Positions 19,123 through 30,260 of a stretch of DNA of 64,000 bases are shown here, one piece after another. The notes beneath the pieces are model-generated. The model worked only from the letters and a program-made list of their open reading frames with translations. It searched no databases and was not told where the DNA came from. Both the position numbers and the translations under genes were made by a program. Origin of the DNA: an uncultured Actinomycetes bacterium (GTDB lineage: Bacteria > Actinomycetota > Coriobacteriia > Anaerosomatales > CAVRZR01). The stretch's first letter is position 1, and the number at the start of each line of letters is the position of its first letter. Where the stretch lies: contig CAVRZR010000003.1 in NCBI GenBank assembly GCA_963725795.1, positions 112,362 to 176,361 on the forward strand. The letters run 5' to 3'.

Positions 19123-19897
19123 TCAACGCCGGTGCGTTTCCGCCGTTGCGCCCTGCCAGCGCTCCAACCACCACGTGACGGAGCGGTTCATCTCCCGCAT
19201 GTATTCCGAATCGTACTTGCGCCGACGCACTACCTCGGCGTACGTGCCGGCGTCATTGGGTAGACCGTGCGGCGCGTGCATCCGCCCGAGCTCGGCGTCC
19301 GTCTGTCGCAAGTCATCATCTGACAGACGACGATAGCGATCTGTGTGAACGACGTCGCGCGTGTATCGCGGCGTCGGCGCGCGCGTTGCGGCGGCGCGGC
19401 CAAGGCACAGCATGGCGATCGGCAGTGCGCCCGGGGGTAGTCCGAGCAGGTCGGCGTGTTCCTCCCCGTTCTCGAGTATGTCGCCGATGTAGCACGACCC
19501 TATGCCCAACGATTCCGCCGCGATGACGGCGTTTTGCGCTGCGATGATGGCGTCAGAGCAGGCAAGCAACAGGTCTCCGGGACCCAGCGGCCGTCGGCTC
19601 GTCGAGTCAGCCGGTGGATGCCCAGTCGAAGAGGTCGGTCCACTTCTGATAGTCGGCGACAAAGACGAGGACCCAGGGTGCCTTGGCGATGAAGGGTTGG
19701 TCATCGCATGTGATGGCAAGCCTGTCTTTGAGCGCTTGATCTGCGACATCGACGATCGAGTAGAGCATCAGGTTGCCAGCGGTCGGCGCACGAAACGCTG
19801 CCGTCAGGATCGCCTCCTTCTCGGCGTTTGTGATCGGTTCAGGTGAGTACGTCCGCGTCGACGTGCGACTGGCAATCAGATCGAGTGTGGGGTTCAT
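19123..19897 (-). pseudogene. Nitroreductase-family gene with one frame disruption
   Basis: The N-terminal part lies in ORF 19607..19996(-), starting at MNPTLDLIASRTSTRTYS (ATG 19895-19897 after GGGAGAG). The C-terminal part lies in ORF 19123..19749(-) (GDLLLACSDAIIAAQNAVIAAESLGIGSCYIG). The frames meet near 19590-19625. Confidence 0.75.
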
Positions 19898-20057
19898 ACG
19901 GCTCTCCCGTTGGAAGGCGGTCATCACCGCTGCTGAGTTTAGCGTCAAAGGGGCCTCCTCGCGGGGTGCCGTGCCCCGCTCCGTGATTGCCCGCACCCTG
20001 TCGCCTCGCTATACTTCGGGGCTGCCGCTCACTCGTCACGCCGAGGAGCGCCACCGC

Positions 20058-20150
20058 GGAGAGGTGGCAGAGTGGTTGAATGCGGCGGTCTCGAAAACCG
20101 TTTAGCGGGTATCCCCCGTTACGAGGGTTCGAATCCCTCCCTCTCCGCCA
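20058..20150 (+). tRNA. tRNA-Ser (anticodon CGA), class II with long variable arm, CCA encoded
   Basis: Acceptor GGAGAGG/CCTCTCC. Anticodon stem GCGGT/ACCGT with loop CTCGAAA. Variable arm GCGGGTATCCCCCGT, T-arm GAGGGTTCGAATCCCTC, and 3' GCCA. Confidence 0.9.
20090..20150 (+). repeat. 61-bp direct repeat copy 1 (3' part of tRNA-Ser, attL-like)
   Basis: By my base-by-base reading it is identical to 23252..23312. Confidence 0.85.
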
Positions 20151-20478
20151 GATAGCTGGGAAGACGTGGCCCCGACACCCGACATGGGAGGCGGGATATG
20201 CGCAGGGGTGGCACCGGACCTCAGATTGGTCCTGAGCGGTCACACTGGACACCGTCGGTCGCCGAGGGATGTCAGGCTCGCGCGCGGGCCTTGAACTCCC
20301 GGGCAGTCCCAGCTAGCCAGGGTTGGGTCCGAACCCGAGCTTCCGGCGCCCAGCTTGCGTGTTCGGAGATGCGGGGACATACACCTCGAGGCGGATGCAG
20401 CCCCGTTGTCCCAAGCGGCTGCGTGCCACGGTCGTGGCTACCGTCCGATCCTGTCGCCGCAGGGAGGGGATGCTGGCG

Positions 20479-21405
20479 ATGCCTGAGGACGCAGTCCCGA
20501 AGGCAGGCGCCCACGATCGCGAGGCGATCGTCTGCTCGGGCCTCACGAAGGACTACGGGCAGGGGCGCGGGCTGTTCGATCTCGATCTGGAGATCCACGC
20601 CGGCGAGGTCTTCGGGTTCATCGGCCCGAACGGTGCCGGCAAGACGACGACCATCCGGCTCCTGATGGACCTTATCCGGCCCGACCGGGGCACGGCGCGA
20701 CTGCTCGGCCTGGACGCACGGCGGGATAGCATCGCTATCAAGCGCCGCGTGGGGTACCTGCCGGGGGAGTTGCCGCAGTTCCCCCACGTCCGCGCCAGTC
20801 ACGTCATCACGCTGATGGCCGGGCTGCGGGGCGGAGTCGATCCCGATCACATCGAGTCGCTCGGCGGGCGCCTCGACATCGACCTCGGCCAGAAGTACGA
20901 GGACCTGTCGCACGGCAACAAGCAGAAGGTCGGGCTCATCCAGGCATTCATGCATCGGCCCGACCTCATCATCCTGGACGAGCCGACGCTCGGGCTCGAT
21001 CCGCTCATGCAGCGGGAGTTCTGGCGGCTCGTGCAGGAGGCGTCCGCGGCGGGCACCACGGTGTTGCTCTCCTCCCACGTCCTTGCCGAAGTGGAACTCG
21101 GTTGCCATCGGATGGGACTGATCCGCAACGGCCGCCTGCTTCGAGTCGGCACGCTCGAGGAGCTTCGAACCACACGCGTTCACCGCATCGACGCGATCGT
21201 GCGCGACCATCCGGATGTGGCCGCGCTCAACGAGATCGAGGGTGTGTCCGAAGCGACCGTGCAGGGCGATCATGTCAGCTGCTCGGTGCATGGATCGATC
21301 CGCCCGCTGCTCGCGTGGCTGTCCGCGCGGGAGGTGGTCGAACTCGACAGCAGTGAACTCTCGCTCGAGGAGGTGTTCTTCTCTGAGTTCGAAGATGCGA
21401 GCTAA
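20479..21405 (+). CDS. ABC transporter ATP-binding protein (ABC-2 / DrrA-like exporter)
   Basis: ORF 20323..21405. Walker A GPNGAGKTTT, signature LSHGNKQKV, Walker B LIILDEPTLGLDP. ATG 20479 lies 9 nt after GGGAGGGG. Confidence 0.85.
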   Translation: MPEDAVPKAGAHDREAIVCSGLTKDYGQGRGLFDLDLEIHAGEVFGFIGPNGAGKTTTIRLLMDLIRPDRGTARLLGLDARRDSIAIKRRVGYLPGELPQFPHVRASHVITLMAGLRGGVDPDHIESLGGRLDIDLGQKYEDLSHGNKQKVGLIQAFMHRPDLIILDEPTLGLDPLMQREFWRLVQEASAAGTTVLLSSHVLAEVELGCHRMGLIRNGRLLRVGTLEELRTTRVHRIDAIVRDHPDVAALNEIEGVSEATVQGDHVSCSVHGSIRPLLAWLSAREVVELDSSELSLEEVFFSEFEDAS

Positions 21406-21441
21406 GGCGCCGGTCATCGCTTCGCGCTCGTCATCGACACC

Positions 21442-23051
21442 GTGGTCTCCCGCTGGGTCACCATCTTGGTGTGGGCTCTTGGCGGCGCGGCGGTCATGTA
21501 CGCAATGGGCGCGGCGATCAGCCAGGAGTTCGCCGACTTCCCGGGCGGACCCGCGGCTCTCGGGGCGAGCGTCACGCGCGCCGCCGAGGGACTGCGGATC
21601 ATGCGCTGGCCTGCCGAGCGGCTGGACACGCTGGGGGGCTACCTGACGTACCACAACGTCACGCTGCTGATGCTCGGCCTCGCCATCTATGGAGCCGTGC
21701 AGGGAGCTCGCGTCGTGCGCGGCGGAGAGGACCGTCACTCGCTCGAGGAGATCCTCGCAACCGGATGGACCCGGTGGGCCGTCATCCGCGATCGGACGGC
21801 GGGATTCCTCATCATCGTGGTGGTGATCTCGCTCGCGCTCGGGCTCGGTACGACGGCGGCCATGGCGTGCGGGCGGAGAACCGGATCTTGGTGGGTCGCT
21901 CATCACGATGGTCGCCGTGGGACTGTGCGCGATGGTCGGCTACTCGCTCGGCCTGCTCGTGTCGCAGCTCACACCGACCTCCCGCGCGGCCGCGGGCGTG
22001 AGCTCGATCGTCCTGACCGCGCTGTACGTGCTCAACAACGTGTGGGAGGAACTGGGCTGGTTCGGCGCGGTGCGGTTCGTCTCGCCCTTCTACTACGCGA
22101 ACTTCTCGCGGGCGCTCGTCCCGGGCTACGGTCTGGACGTGCCGGCGACCGTCGCGCTGTCGTGATGAGCGCTCGTGCTCGTCGGTCTGGCCGCGTGGGC
22201 ATTCGAGCGACGGGACTACGGCGCCGCGCTCTGGGAGCGCCGGCGGGCGCGCGACGGGGCGTCGCGCTGCCGAGCCTACGTAGCCAGCACGTGTTCGGCT
22301 CGGCTGGACGGCGATGCTGTTCCGCAGCAGGTTCGGCCTGATCGCGTGGGCGTGCGGCGCGGGCACCTTCTCGCTCTTGATGATGGCGCTCGAGCCGAGC
22401 CGTGATCGACATGTGGTCGATATTCGGCAAGTACATGCCCGGCACCGGCGGCGGGACAGGCATCCCCATCGAGACCGTGTACGTAGGCTTCTCGGCCGAA
22501 GTCGTTGCGCTGGTGATCGTGGCCTACGTGATCGTGCAAGCGGCGGGCTGGTCGAGCGATCTTGCCGAAGGCAGGGTCGAGAGCCGTTCTCGCGACGCCC
22601 GTTTCCTGGTCGAGACTGGTGTGGGAGCGGCTCCTCGCGCTGCTCGTCGGTGTCGGGTGTGTGGCAGTAGGGTCGATCGCAGGTCTCGCCGCTGGGCGCG
22701 GCCGCCGTCGAGCTCGATCTGGACTGGAGCGGTATCGCACGGCTGGCGGCGGACTGCGTCTTGTTGGGGGCGGCGCTGGGAGGATTGGCAGCAGTCGTGG
22801 TCGCCGTGTTCCGCCGCGGAGCCGGAGTGACCGTCCTCGCCGTGTTGATGACCGTCTCCTACCTGCAGGGCTACCTCGCGAAGATGTTCGACTGGCCCAC
22901 GTGGGTGGAGCGGTACTCGCTCTTCAGCGCCTTCGGCAATCCGTACGTGGAGTGGGCGGGGTTGGGTGAGACGATCCTGCTGCTGGCGCTGGCCGTAGGA
23001 GGCGCGGTTCTGGCGGCGGCGATCGCCGAGCGAACACCCAAGGTGGCGTAG
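21442..23051 (+). pseudogene. 12-TM ABC-2 exporter permease (COG3559-like), five frame shifts plus an in-frame TGATGA
   Basis: The protein can be followed through ORF pieces 21442.., 21908..22165, 22175.., 22314.., 22402.., 22562.. and 22761..23051. Junctions lie near 21868, 22163-22168 (TGA TGA in frame), 22240-22290, 22400, 22580 and 22697. Confidence 0.7.
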
Positions 23052-23251
23052 CAAACAGGCGGGGCTGACGCGTCATGCGTGATCCGGCATCAGGTGGGTC
23101 GTCGCGCGCCAGCTGCAAACCGTTCTGCAAACGAACTAGACACAACCAGAAGTGACCACACAGCGCCAGACGGGATGAAGCTCGCCCAAACGCCGAGTTA
23201 GACGAAGCAGAACGACACTCAACGACACTAGACGTGACGCCCGGCTTCAAA

Positions 23252-23312
23252 CTCGAAAACCGTTTAGCGGGTATCCCCCGTTACGAGGGTTCGAATCCCT
23301 CCCTCTCCGCCA
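23252..23312 (+). repeat. 61-bp direct repeat copy 2 (orphan 3' half of tRNA-Ser, attR-like)
   Basis: CTCGAAAACCGTTTAGCGGGTATCCCCCGTTACGAGGGTTCGAATCCCTCCCTCTCCGCCA. There is no 5' half of the tRNA upstream of it. Confidence 0.85.
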
Positions 23313-23531
23313 CAAGCACTACGCGGGTCGGCGACGCTCCGACCCTCCGTCGGCCTCATGGTTGAAAGGCCGGAACCGTCGTCGCTGGTAGGCGACTTGG
23401 GCCAGAATCGACGTCCCGACGGCGTTGGGCAGTATCGTGTTGGGGATTGCGCTGTCTCCGTAGCGTGCGATTCTGGACCCAACCGCACTCGGTGCGGCGC
23501 TCAGTCATGTTGAAGCTCGAAGACTGCCCAG

Positions 23532-24462
23532 GTGTACAACTTGCCCAGTGACGACACTCATCAGGATTCGCTCTTCATCGACCTGCACCAGGACATGCTG
23601 TTCGGTGTGGCACAGCTGAGGAAGGGCCTGCGGGCCTACCGATCGAACTACCTGACCGGCTCGCGCCATGCCGCGGCGGTTTGGTCGTCCGTGTGGCCGA
23701 CACTTCCGGAGAGCTCCCTTCTTCGCGAACTCGAGGCCCACGAAGAGCTGCTCAGGTCCCACAGCTCCGCCCTGCGTCTCATAACTACCGTTGAGGACTT
23801 GGACACGGAGGATCGGCGGACGGGGGTACTGCCTCACTCGGAAGGCTTCCACCTCCCCTCTGTCGGGTCCGACACGCTCGAGTGGCTCTGGACCGCGCAC
23901 TCTTCGCAGCTTGTCTCTCACCTGGAACTACGAGACCGCCTACGGGTCCAGCTGCTATGGCGACGGTGCAGCTCCTCTCAAGCAGGAGGGCAGGCGACTG
24001 CTCCGCGCACTCCAACGCAGCCCGCTCTTCCTGGACTTGTCCCACCTGAACGTGGCCGGGTTCTACGAGGCGCTCGACCTGTACGCTCCCTCGGTGCTCG
24101 TCACGCACACATCCTGCCGGACGATAGTGGACCATCCGAGGGGACTGACCGACGATCAGCTGCGAGCACTGGGCGAGCACGGCGGACTCGTCGGGCTGGC
24201 GTTCTTCCCCGATTTCCTGGGCAAGAGAGGATCCGTTGACGAGGCTCTGCGTCACGTAGAGAAGATCGCCTCGCTGGCGGGTGAGGACGCCGTGGCCATT
24301 GGCAGTGACTGGGGCTCGGCTGGGATGGGCGAGCTCCGAGGCACCGCATCCCTTGGCGGGTTGGTGAGTGCCGTCGCCAGCAGCTACGGTCCAGAACTCG
24401 CCGAGAAATTCGCGTTCGCCAACGCCCGCGCGTTCCTGCGCGGTCACCTGCCTCCGCGGTAG
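23532..24462 (+). CDS. Membrane dipeptidase family (M19) protein, one frame disruption
   Basis: The N-terminal part is in ORF 23532..24239 (IDLHQDML). The rest is in ORF 23791..24462 (LSLTWNYETAYG, VTHTSCR, GLTDDQLRAL, IGSDW). The junction is near 23885-23905. Confidence 0.7.
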
Positions 24463-24570
24463 CGGCCCGCGGAGTCACACCAGCGTCTGTCACGCGCACA
24501 AGCGCGGTCTGTTCGCGCTCCTGGGGAAGAATCATCAGCACAGCCAGTCGTGGTCCTCCTGGAGAACGAC

Positions 24571-25799
24571 ATGCCCCCAGCCCCACTCACACCGCCAGGT
24601 ACTCGCGGCCCCGAACCCGGGCGCACTCCTGCGCAGAGCGCGCCGCGGTCGCATCCAAACGATCCACTCCGTAGCTCCCCGCGGGCCGGCAATTCAGCGG
24701 TCGTCTACTGCGAAGCGAACTTCGGCTCGATCGACGGCAAGACCGCCAACGGTCTCGTGCGTTACTCCGAGAAGTACGAGATCCTCTCGGTGATCGACAG
24801 TGAGAAGTCGGGTCTGGATGCTGGTGAAGTGCTCGGCGACGACCCGAGCGGGATCCCAATCTGTGCGAGTCTGGCAGACGCGATTGCACTGGTAGGGCGT
24901 GTTCCCGACTTCTTCATCTTCGGCATCGCCCCGGCCAGCGGCATGTTCTCGCCCTCCGAGCGTCGGGTGATGCTCGACGCCATTGGACTCGGGATGAGCA
25001 TCGTCAACGGTCTTCACGAGTTCTTGAACGACGACCCGCAGTTCTCAGCGGCAGCCGAGGCCCATAACGTGACGATCCTCGACATCCGTCGCCCGCGCGA
25101 CAAGAAAACCTCCGGATGTTCAGCGGCCGCATCGCTCAGGTCACATGTTCGCGCATCGCGGTGCTGGGCACCGACAGTGCGATTGGCAAGCGGACGACCG
25201 CGACGATCTTGACGCGGTCGCTCAACGAACGCGGAATCAAGGCGGTCCTGGTCGGCACCGGTCAAACTGCCCTTATCCAGGGCGCTCGTTACGGCGTTGC
25301 GCTCGACGCCATTCCGTGCCAGTTCGGCTCGGGCGAGATCGAAGCCACTGTGGTTGAGGCCTTCCAAGGCGAGCATCCTGATGTGATCATCATCGAAGGG
25401 CAGGGCGCTTTGAGTCATCCAGCCTATCTGTCATCGAGCCTCATCCTGCGAGGTAGCCAGCCCGACGCGGTCATCTTGCAGCACGCGCCGGCGCGCCAGT
25501 GTCTGAGCGACTTCCCCGACCTGCCGATGCCGACTCCCGCGAGTGAGATCAACCTCATCCAGACCTTCGCCGACACGAAGGTGATCGGCGTTGCCATCAA
25601 TCACGAGCACATGACCGAGGTCGAGGTGACAGCGGCTATCACGCTCTACGAGTCGGAGTTCGGCATCCCTGCCACGGACGCCCTCACGAGGTCGCCGGAT
25701 CGGTTGGTCGACATGGTGGTGCGCGCGTTCCCCGAGCTCGCGCGAGAGCGGGTCACGGGCGCTCGAGTACCCCGAGGACAAACCCCGACCACTCCGTGA
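24571..25799 (+). CDS. DUF1611 (DgcN-like N-acetyltransferase) family protein, copy 1, one frame disruption
   Basis: ORFs 24550..25212 plus 25116..25799. Motifs VVYCEANFGSIDGKTANGLVRYSEKYEI and VLGTDSAIGKRTT. Comparison with the paralog at 36394..38514 places a 1-nt loss in the A-run 25105-25108. The N-terminal 45 aa or so are Pro-rich. Confidence 0.75.
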
Positions 25800-25967
25800 G
25801 GGCGGTCGGGACTGCGTGCTTCTGGGAAGTGACCACGAGAACCGCGAGCGGGGAAACCGCCGCTCCGTCTCACAAGGCTGGGGGCGTAGCCTACTTGATG
25901 AATCCAGCGTCCGCGACCAACTGCTTACCGGTGGCGTAGGAACGGGAGTACATGTCATGGTGCGACT

Positions 25968-28236
25968 GTGCAGGGGAGAACGAACGCGTGCGCGGGTGAA
26001 TGCGGCGTGCTGACACAATCATCGGAGGCTCACCGCGCGGCAGCCGAGGTCGTGGCAGCGGCTGTAGCGCAAGGGCTCGGCGCGCTGGACGAGTGGCAGG
26101 CGAAGGCGTTGCTCGCCGGCTACGGGATCGCCGTCCCCGAGGGAGGCGTCGCGCGCGGCGAGGACGAGGCCGCAGCCATCGCCCGGAGGCTCGATGGTCC
26201 GGTTGTCGTCAAGGCTCTCGGGTTAAGCATCAGCCACAAGACAGAGCATGGAATGGTCGCTCTGGACCTCCGCGGGGACGAGGCCGTCCGTTCGGCTGCT
26301 CGCTCGCTTCTGGCGCTAGCCGAAGGTCAGGATCGCCCTGCTCCTCGTCGAGCGTATGGTTCGGGGTTCCCGCGAGTTCATGATCGGGATGAAGCGCGAT
26401 CCCCTCTTCGGCCCCGTCATCCTCTTCGGCGTCGGAGGGGTCTTCGCCGAAGCACACCACGACATCGCGCTCGGCGTGACGCCCTTGGAGGACCGGGACA
26501 TCGAGGGCATGCTCACCGGGATCAGGGCGAGCGCGCTGCTCGACGCCTTCCGCGGCCTGCCGCCAGTGGATCGCGCAGTGCTGGCCGATGCCATCCGGGC
26601 GCTCGCGCGCATCGCCGCCGACCATCCGTCCGTGACCGAGATCGACGTGAACCCGCTCATCGTGGAAGGCGCGACGCCGGTGGCGGCGGACGCACTCGTG
26701 ATCCTCGATCCCACAGCGGAGCGAGGCGCGCCCGCCACCGCCCATCAGGTCACCTCGTCTCCCAATCTGACCCCGCTCTTCGCGCCTCATTCCGTCACAG
26801 TCGTCGGCGCCTCGAGCGATCCATCCAAGTGGGGCGGATCGCTCCTCCGCAACCTCATCGACGGCGACTTCGGCGGCCCGATCTACCCGGTGAACGGTCG
26901 TGGCGGCATCGTGCAGGGCCTGCCCGCCTTCGCCAGCATCGCGGATCTGCCGGAGGCGCCGGACTTGGCGCTGGTGGCGCTGGGGGCCGCCCACGTGAAG
27001 GCCGTCATCGAGCAGTGCGGCGAGCGCGGGATTCCGGTTGCCCTGGTTGTGGCCGCGGGCTTCGCGGAGGCGGGCGAGGCGGGGGCCGCCGCGGAGGCGG
27101 AGCTGGTCGAGACCGCCCGGGCAGCGGGTGTCACGCTCATCGGTCCAAACTGCATGGGTTTGCTCGCGACGCACAGCCAGCTCCATGCCGTCGGCTTCCT
27201 GGAGTTGCGGCCGCAAGCAGGCGGCCTGAGCATCGTCTCCCAGTCGGGCAACATCGGCGTGCAGCTCGTCACCAGGGCCGAAAGGCGCGGCGTCGGCATC
27301 GACAAGTACGTGTCGGTCGGCAACCAGGCGAGCACGAGTGCGCTCGACGTGCTCGACGCGCTGGGGGACGACGCGCAGACCGCCGCCGCCCTCGTCTATC
27401 TCGAAGGCACCGGCGACGGTCGCCGCTTCATCGATGTCATGCGGCGCACAACGCGAAAGAAGCCGGTGGTGGTGCTGCGCGGTGGACTGACCGAGTACGG
27501 CCGCCGCGCCGCCGCATCACACACCGGCGCGATGGCAGGCTCAGCCGACGTCTTCCTGGCCGCGGCCCGCCAGACCGGTTGTCTCGTTCGCACCGGCCCG
27601 GACGAGAGTCTCGACCTGGCGCTGTGTCTGAGCGCACTTCCGTTGCCGGCGGGCCGCCGAGTGGCGGTCATGACGCTCGGCGGAGGCTGGGGCGTGTTGG
27701 CGGCGGACGAGCTGGCCCGCAACGACCTCATGTTGGCTACTCTGGAGCCTGGCGTGCTCGCAGCGCTGGACGAACTCCTGCCCGGCTACTGGTGCCGCAG
27801 CAACCCCGTCGACCTCGTGGCGGCGATAGGCCCGGACCTCGCGAGCAGTGCCCTGACCGCGCTCGCCGAGAGCGACGAGGTGGACGCCGTCGTCGTGCTG
27901 GGCATCCTTCGCAGCCCGTCGACCGGCTGGACGTCAGATGACGCGGCGTCCGCGGGCGTACCGGGAGGACCGGGCCGGGGAAGTTTCAACCCTGCCGAGA
28001 TCGCCTTCCTAGAGCGCGTGACCGAGCTCATGGCGAGCACGGGCAAGCCGATCATCAGCGTTCCGCTGCGCCCGCTCGAGGCCGCAACCTTCCCGGGTGG
28101 CGGACAATACGATCCGGTCATCCTCTACTCGCCGGTCGCCGCTGTGCGCGCCCTCGCCGCGATGGCCTGGTACGGGGAGTACGTCGCCGCCCATGCGGAC
28201 CCTCCGCCTCGCCGGCGCGCGAAGGCGAAGACGTAG
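25968..28236 (+). CDS. ADP-forming acetyl-CoA synthetase / acetate-CoA ligase family (ATP-grasp, then CoA-binding and ligase-CoA domains), one frame disruption
   Basis: The ATP-grasp start is in ORF 25968.. (EWQAKALLAGYGIAVPEG). The remainder is in ORF 26356..28236 (SVTVVGASSDPSKWGG, LIGPNCMGL, SQSGNIG, AASHTGAMAGS). The junction is near 26319-26323. Confidence 0.8.
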
Positions 28237-28446
28237 TCGTAGCCACACGGATCTGCAAAACCATCCTTCGGGCCTCCTGAATCATGCTTTCCCGCGGCGA
28301 ATACCGTCCATCGCGCAGGCGTGCAGCGGGACCTACCTTTCGAGGGCCGATGCTAACAACCAGATCGGACCGCGCGTACGCTCGAGCGGCTACGTTCCCC
28401 TTCTGCTACCTTCGGTAGCGAGGGTTTATTCAGTGACGACTGAGGG

Positions 28447-29217
28447 GTGGCGGCTGTGGCCGACAGCGACGCGAGGTTCGTGCGCATCAGGCTCTACAAC
28501 GTCGTGATGGGGCTGTTCCACGCGGCGCAGGGTGTGATCGTTCTGGTGCTGGCGAACAGCTTCTCGCTGCCCGTCACCGCGTCATTCATGACCGGTCCCC
28601 CGGGCACTCCCCCGGCGACACCGACCACGCTCTTCGATGTTCGCGTGGCGTGGGCGGTCGCTGCGTTCCTGTTCATGTCGGCGCTGGCACACTTCACGGT
28701 GTCATCGCCCGGCATCTTCCCGTGGTATGTGCAGAACTTGAAGCTCAATCGGAACTACGCCCGCTGGATCGAGTACTCCTTCAGCTCGTCGTTGATGGTG
28801 ATCCTCATCGCCATGCTTACGGGGCTTTCAGATGTCGCAGCCCTGATCGCGATCTTCGGCGCGAACGCGGCGATGATCCTCTTCGGCCTGCTAATGGAGA
28901 AGTACGAGGAGCCGGGCAATCCCAACTGGCTCTCGTTCGGGTTCGGCTGCATCGTCGGGCTGGCGCCGTGGGTCGGCATCGGCATCTACATCTGGAGTCC
29001 GGGCAGCGCCGCCAACCCGCCCGCGTTCGTGTACTGGATCTTCGTGCTGCTGTTCATCCTGTTCAACAGCTTCGCCATCAACATGGTGCTGCAGTACAAG
29101 AAGGTCGGACCGTGGCGCAACTACCTCTTCGGCGAGTCAAGCTACATCCTGCTCAGCCTGACCGCGAAGTCGTTGCTCGCGTGGATGATCTTCGCGAACA
29201 CGCTCGTGCTGAACTAG
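28447..29217 (+). CDS. Heliorhodopsin
   Basis: ORF 28447..29217 with 7 TM. It aligns along its whole length with the prototype heliorhodopsin 48C12 as I recall it. Shared motifs are GLFHAAQ, LAHFTVSS, RWIEYSFSSS (counterion Glu), FGANAAMILFG, FGCIVGLAPW, FNSFA and the Schiff-base Lys in SLTAKSLLAW. Confidence 0.9.
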   Translation: MAAVADSDARFVRIRLYNVVMGLFHAAQGVIVLVLANSFSLPVTASFMTGPPGTPPATPTTLFDVRVAWAVAAFLFMSALAHFTVSSPGIFPWYVQNLKLNRNYARWIEYSFSSSLMVILIAMLTGLSDVAALIAIFGANAAMILFGLLMEKYEEPGNPNWLSFGFGCIVGLAPWVGIGIYIWSPGSAANPPAFVYWIFVLLFILFNSFAINMVLQYKKVGPWRNYLFGESSYILLSLTAKSLLAWMIFANTLVLN

Positions 29218-29326
29218 CTGCGTCGACAGCCAGCCACGTCCGACCGATCTCAACGCGCTCCCTTCGGTGCCGGTCCTCGCGCGGCGGGTATATAGCCGGC
29301 ATCAATGCCGGACTAGGGAGGCCCCC

Positions 29327-30169
29327 GTGGCTGTCTCCTCTGAGGTCGTCACCTCGCTCAAAGCCGATCTGGCCCTCGAGCACGCGGCGATCGTGCAATA
29401 CGTCATTCACGGCGCGCAGCTGAGGGACGTCGGCATCACCGACCCGGTCCGCAAGACGGCGCGTGAAGAGATGTGGCACTTCGAGTGGCTCAGCGAGGCG
29501 ATCCGCGATCGGGGCGGCGAGCCGGCTCTCGACCGCGCCGGCGTCTTCCTCCCCACGTCTATGGCCGATGCCATGCGCGAGGACGTCGCCGCCGAAGACC
29601 GTGCGCTGGCGCACTACGCGCAGACGCTTGCGCTCATCGGCGACTCCGACCCCGAGCTCACCACGCTCATCGAGCGGATCGTCGCCGACGAGCGCTATCA
29701 CCGAGCCAGATTCGGGCAGCTGGCTGCCGAGGTAAGCGCAGGTGGGGAGGAAGCGTACGCCGCGCATCCGATCATGGGTCCCGAGGACCTCGCCGTAGCG
29801 GGTCCGACTATAGCGGTCGAGTACGAGGGGCTGCTGCAGTACCTCTGGAACAAGTATGGATGCGGTGATTGCGATCAGGGCGAAGGCTATTTCGAGCTCG
29901 CGGTCGACGACATGCGCCATCTGACCTGGGTTGCAGCCTACCTGCCCGGCGTGGCAGATCCTGTTCCCCCAGATGTCCCGTCAGACACCGTCCGCTACGT
30001 TCGCTCGACGTCTGAGGCGCGCGAGGCTGCAGACCGACTCGAGGGACAGGCGGCGGAGTTCTACTCGGCGAAGATCGGTGAGGCCAAGAGCGAGGCACTC
30101 AGAGACGACCTCATGCGTGCCCTCGGCCACCATGAGTACCACCGGCACGCGCTGGAGCAGATGGACTAA
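29327..30169 (+). CDS. Tandem ferritin-like (bacterioferritin/rubrerythrin-fold) domain protein
   Basis: ORF 29267..30169. GTG 29327 follows GGGAGG. There are two four-helix-bundle halves with E...ExxH-type motifs (LEHAAIVQY, EEMWHFEWL, ADERYH; then DDMRHLTW, HHEYHRH). Confidence 0.6.
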   Translation: MAVSSEVVTSLKADLALEHAAIVQYVIHGAQLRDVGITDPVRKTAREEMWHFEWLSEAIRDRGGEPALDRAGVFLPTSMADAMREDVAAEDRALAHYAQTLALIGDSDPELTTLIERIVADERYHRARFGQLAAEVSAGGEEAYAAHPIMGPEDLAVAGPTIAVEYEGLLQYLWNKYGCGDCDQGEGYFELAVDDMRHLTWVAAYLPGVADPVPPDVPSDTVRYVRSTSEAREAADRLEGQAAEFYSAKIGEAKSEALRDDLMRALGHHEYHRHALEQMD

Positions 30170-30260
30170 CGGCCGAAGCCGCAGCGGCGCGCGGTGTCTC
30201 TCCGCGCCGCCACGGCCAGGCGAGCTGGGTGGACGTCTTCCGGCCTGAGGGCGAGGTGGC

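Larger units (their letters stand above)
20151..23312. mobile_element. About 3.2-kb segment bracketed by tRNA-Ser 3' direct repeats: remnant integrated islet without an integrase
   Basis: 61-bp direct repeats sit at both ends. The cargo is an ABC ATPase plus a multiply disrupted 12-TM permease. Short direct repeats (CTGCAAAC x2, TAGAC x3, AACGACACT x2) lie at 23113-23233, next to the right repeat. No recombinase ORF was found. Confidence 0.5.

Noticed and set aside
20058-20150. Possibility that this long-variable-arm tRNA is tRNA-Sec, given the UGA recoding candidates
   Set aside because: The anticodon loop reads CU-CGA-AA, giving anticodon CGA (Ser, codon UCG) and not UCA. The acceptor stem is the normal 7 bp.
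20272-21906. 544-aa ORF on the minus strand
   Set aside because: It is antisense to the ABC ATPase, which has unambiguous Walker A, signature and Walker B motifs. Its composition is Arg/Pro/Asp/His-rich, as expected for a shadow ORF in GC-rich DNA.
22163-22168. In-frame TGATGA in the ABC permease considered as Sec or readthrough
   Set aside because: Two consecutive stops lie inside a predicted TM helix of a gene that also has five frameshifts. There is no Cys context and no hairpin. This is consistent with decay or error, not recoding.
25968-27941. 657-aa ORF read as one protein
   Set aside because: Only the first 118 codons or so look like ATP-grasp sequence. After about 26321 the translation becomes Arg/Gly/Pro-rich nonsense, while ORF 26356..28236 carries the rest of the acetyl-CoA synthetase.
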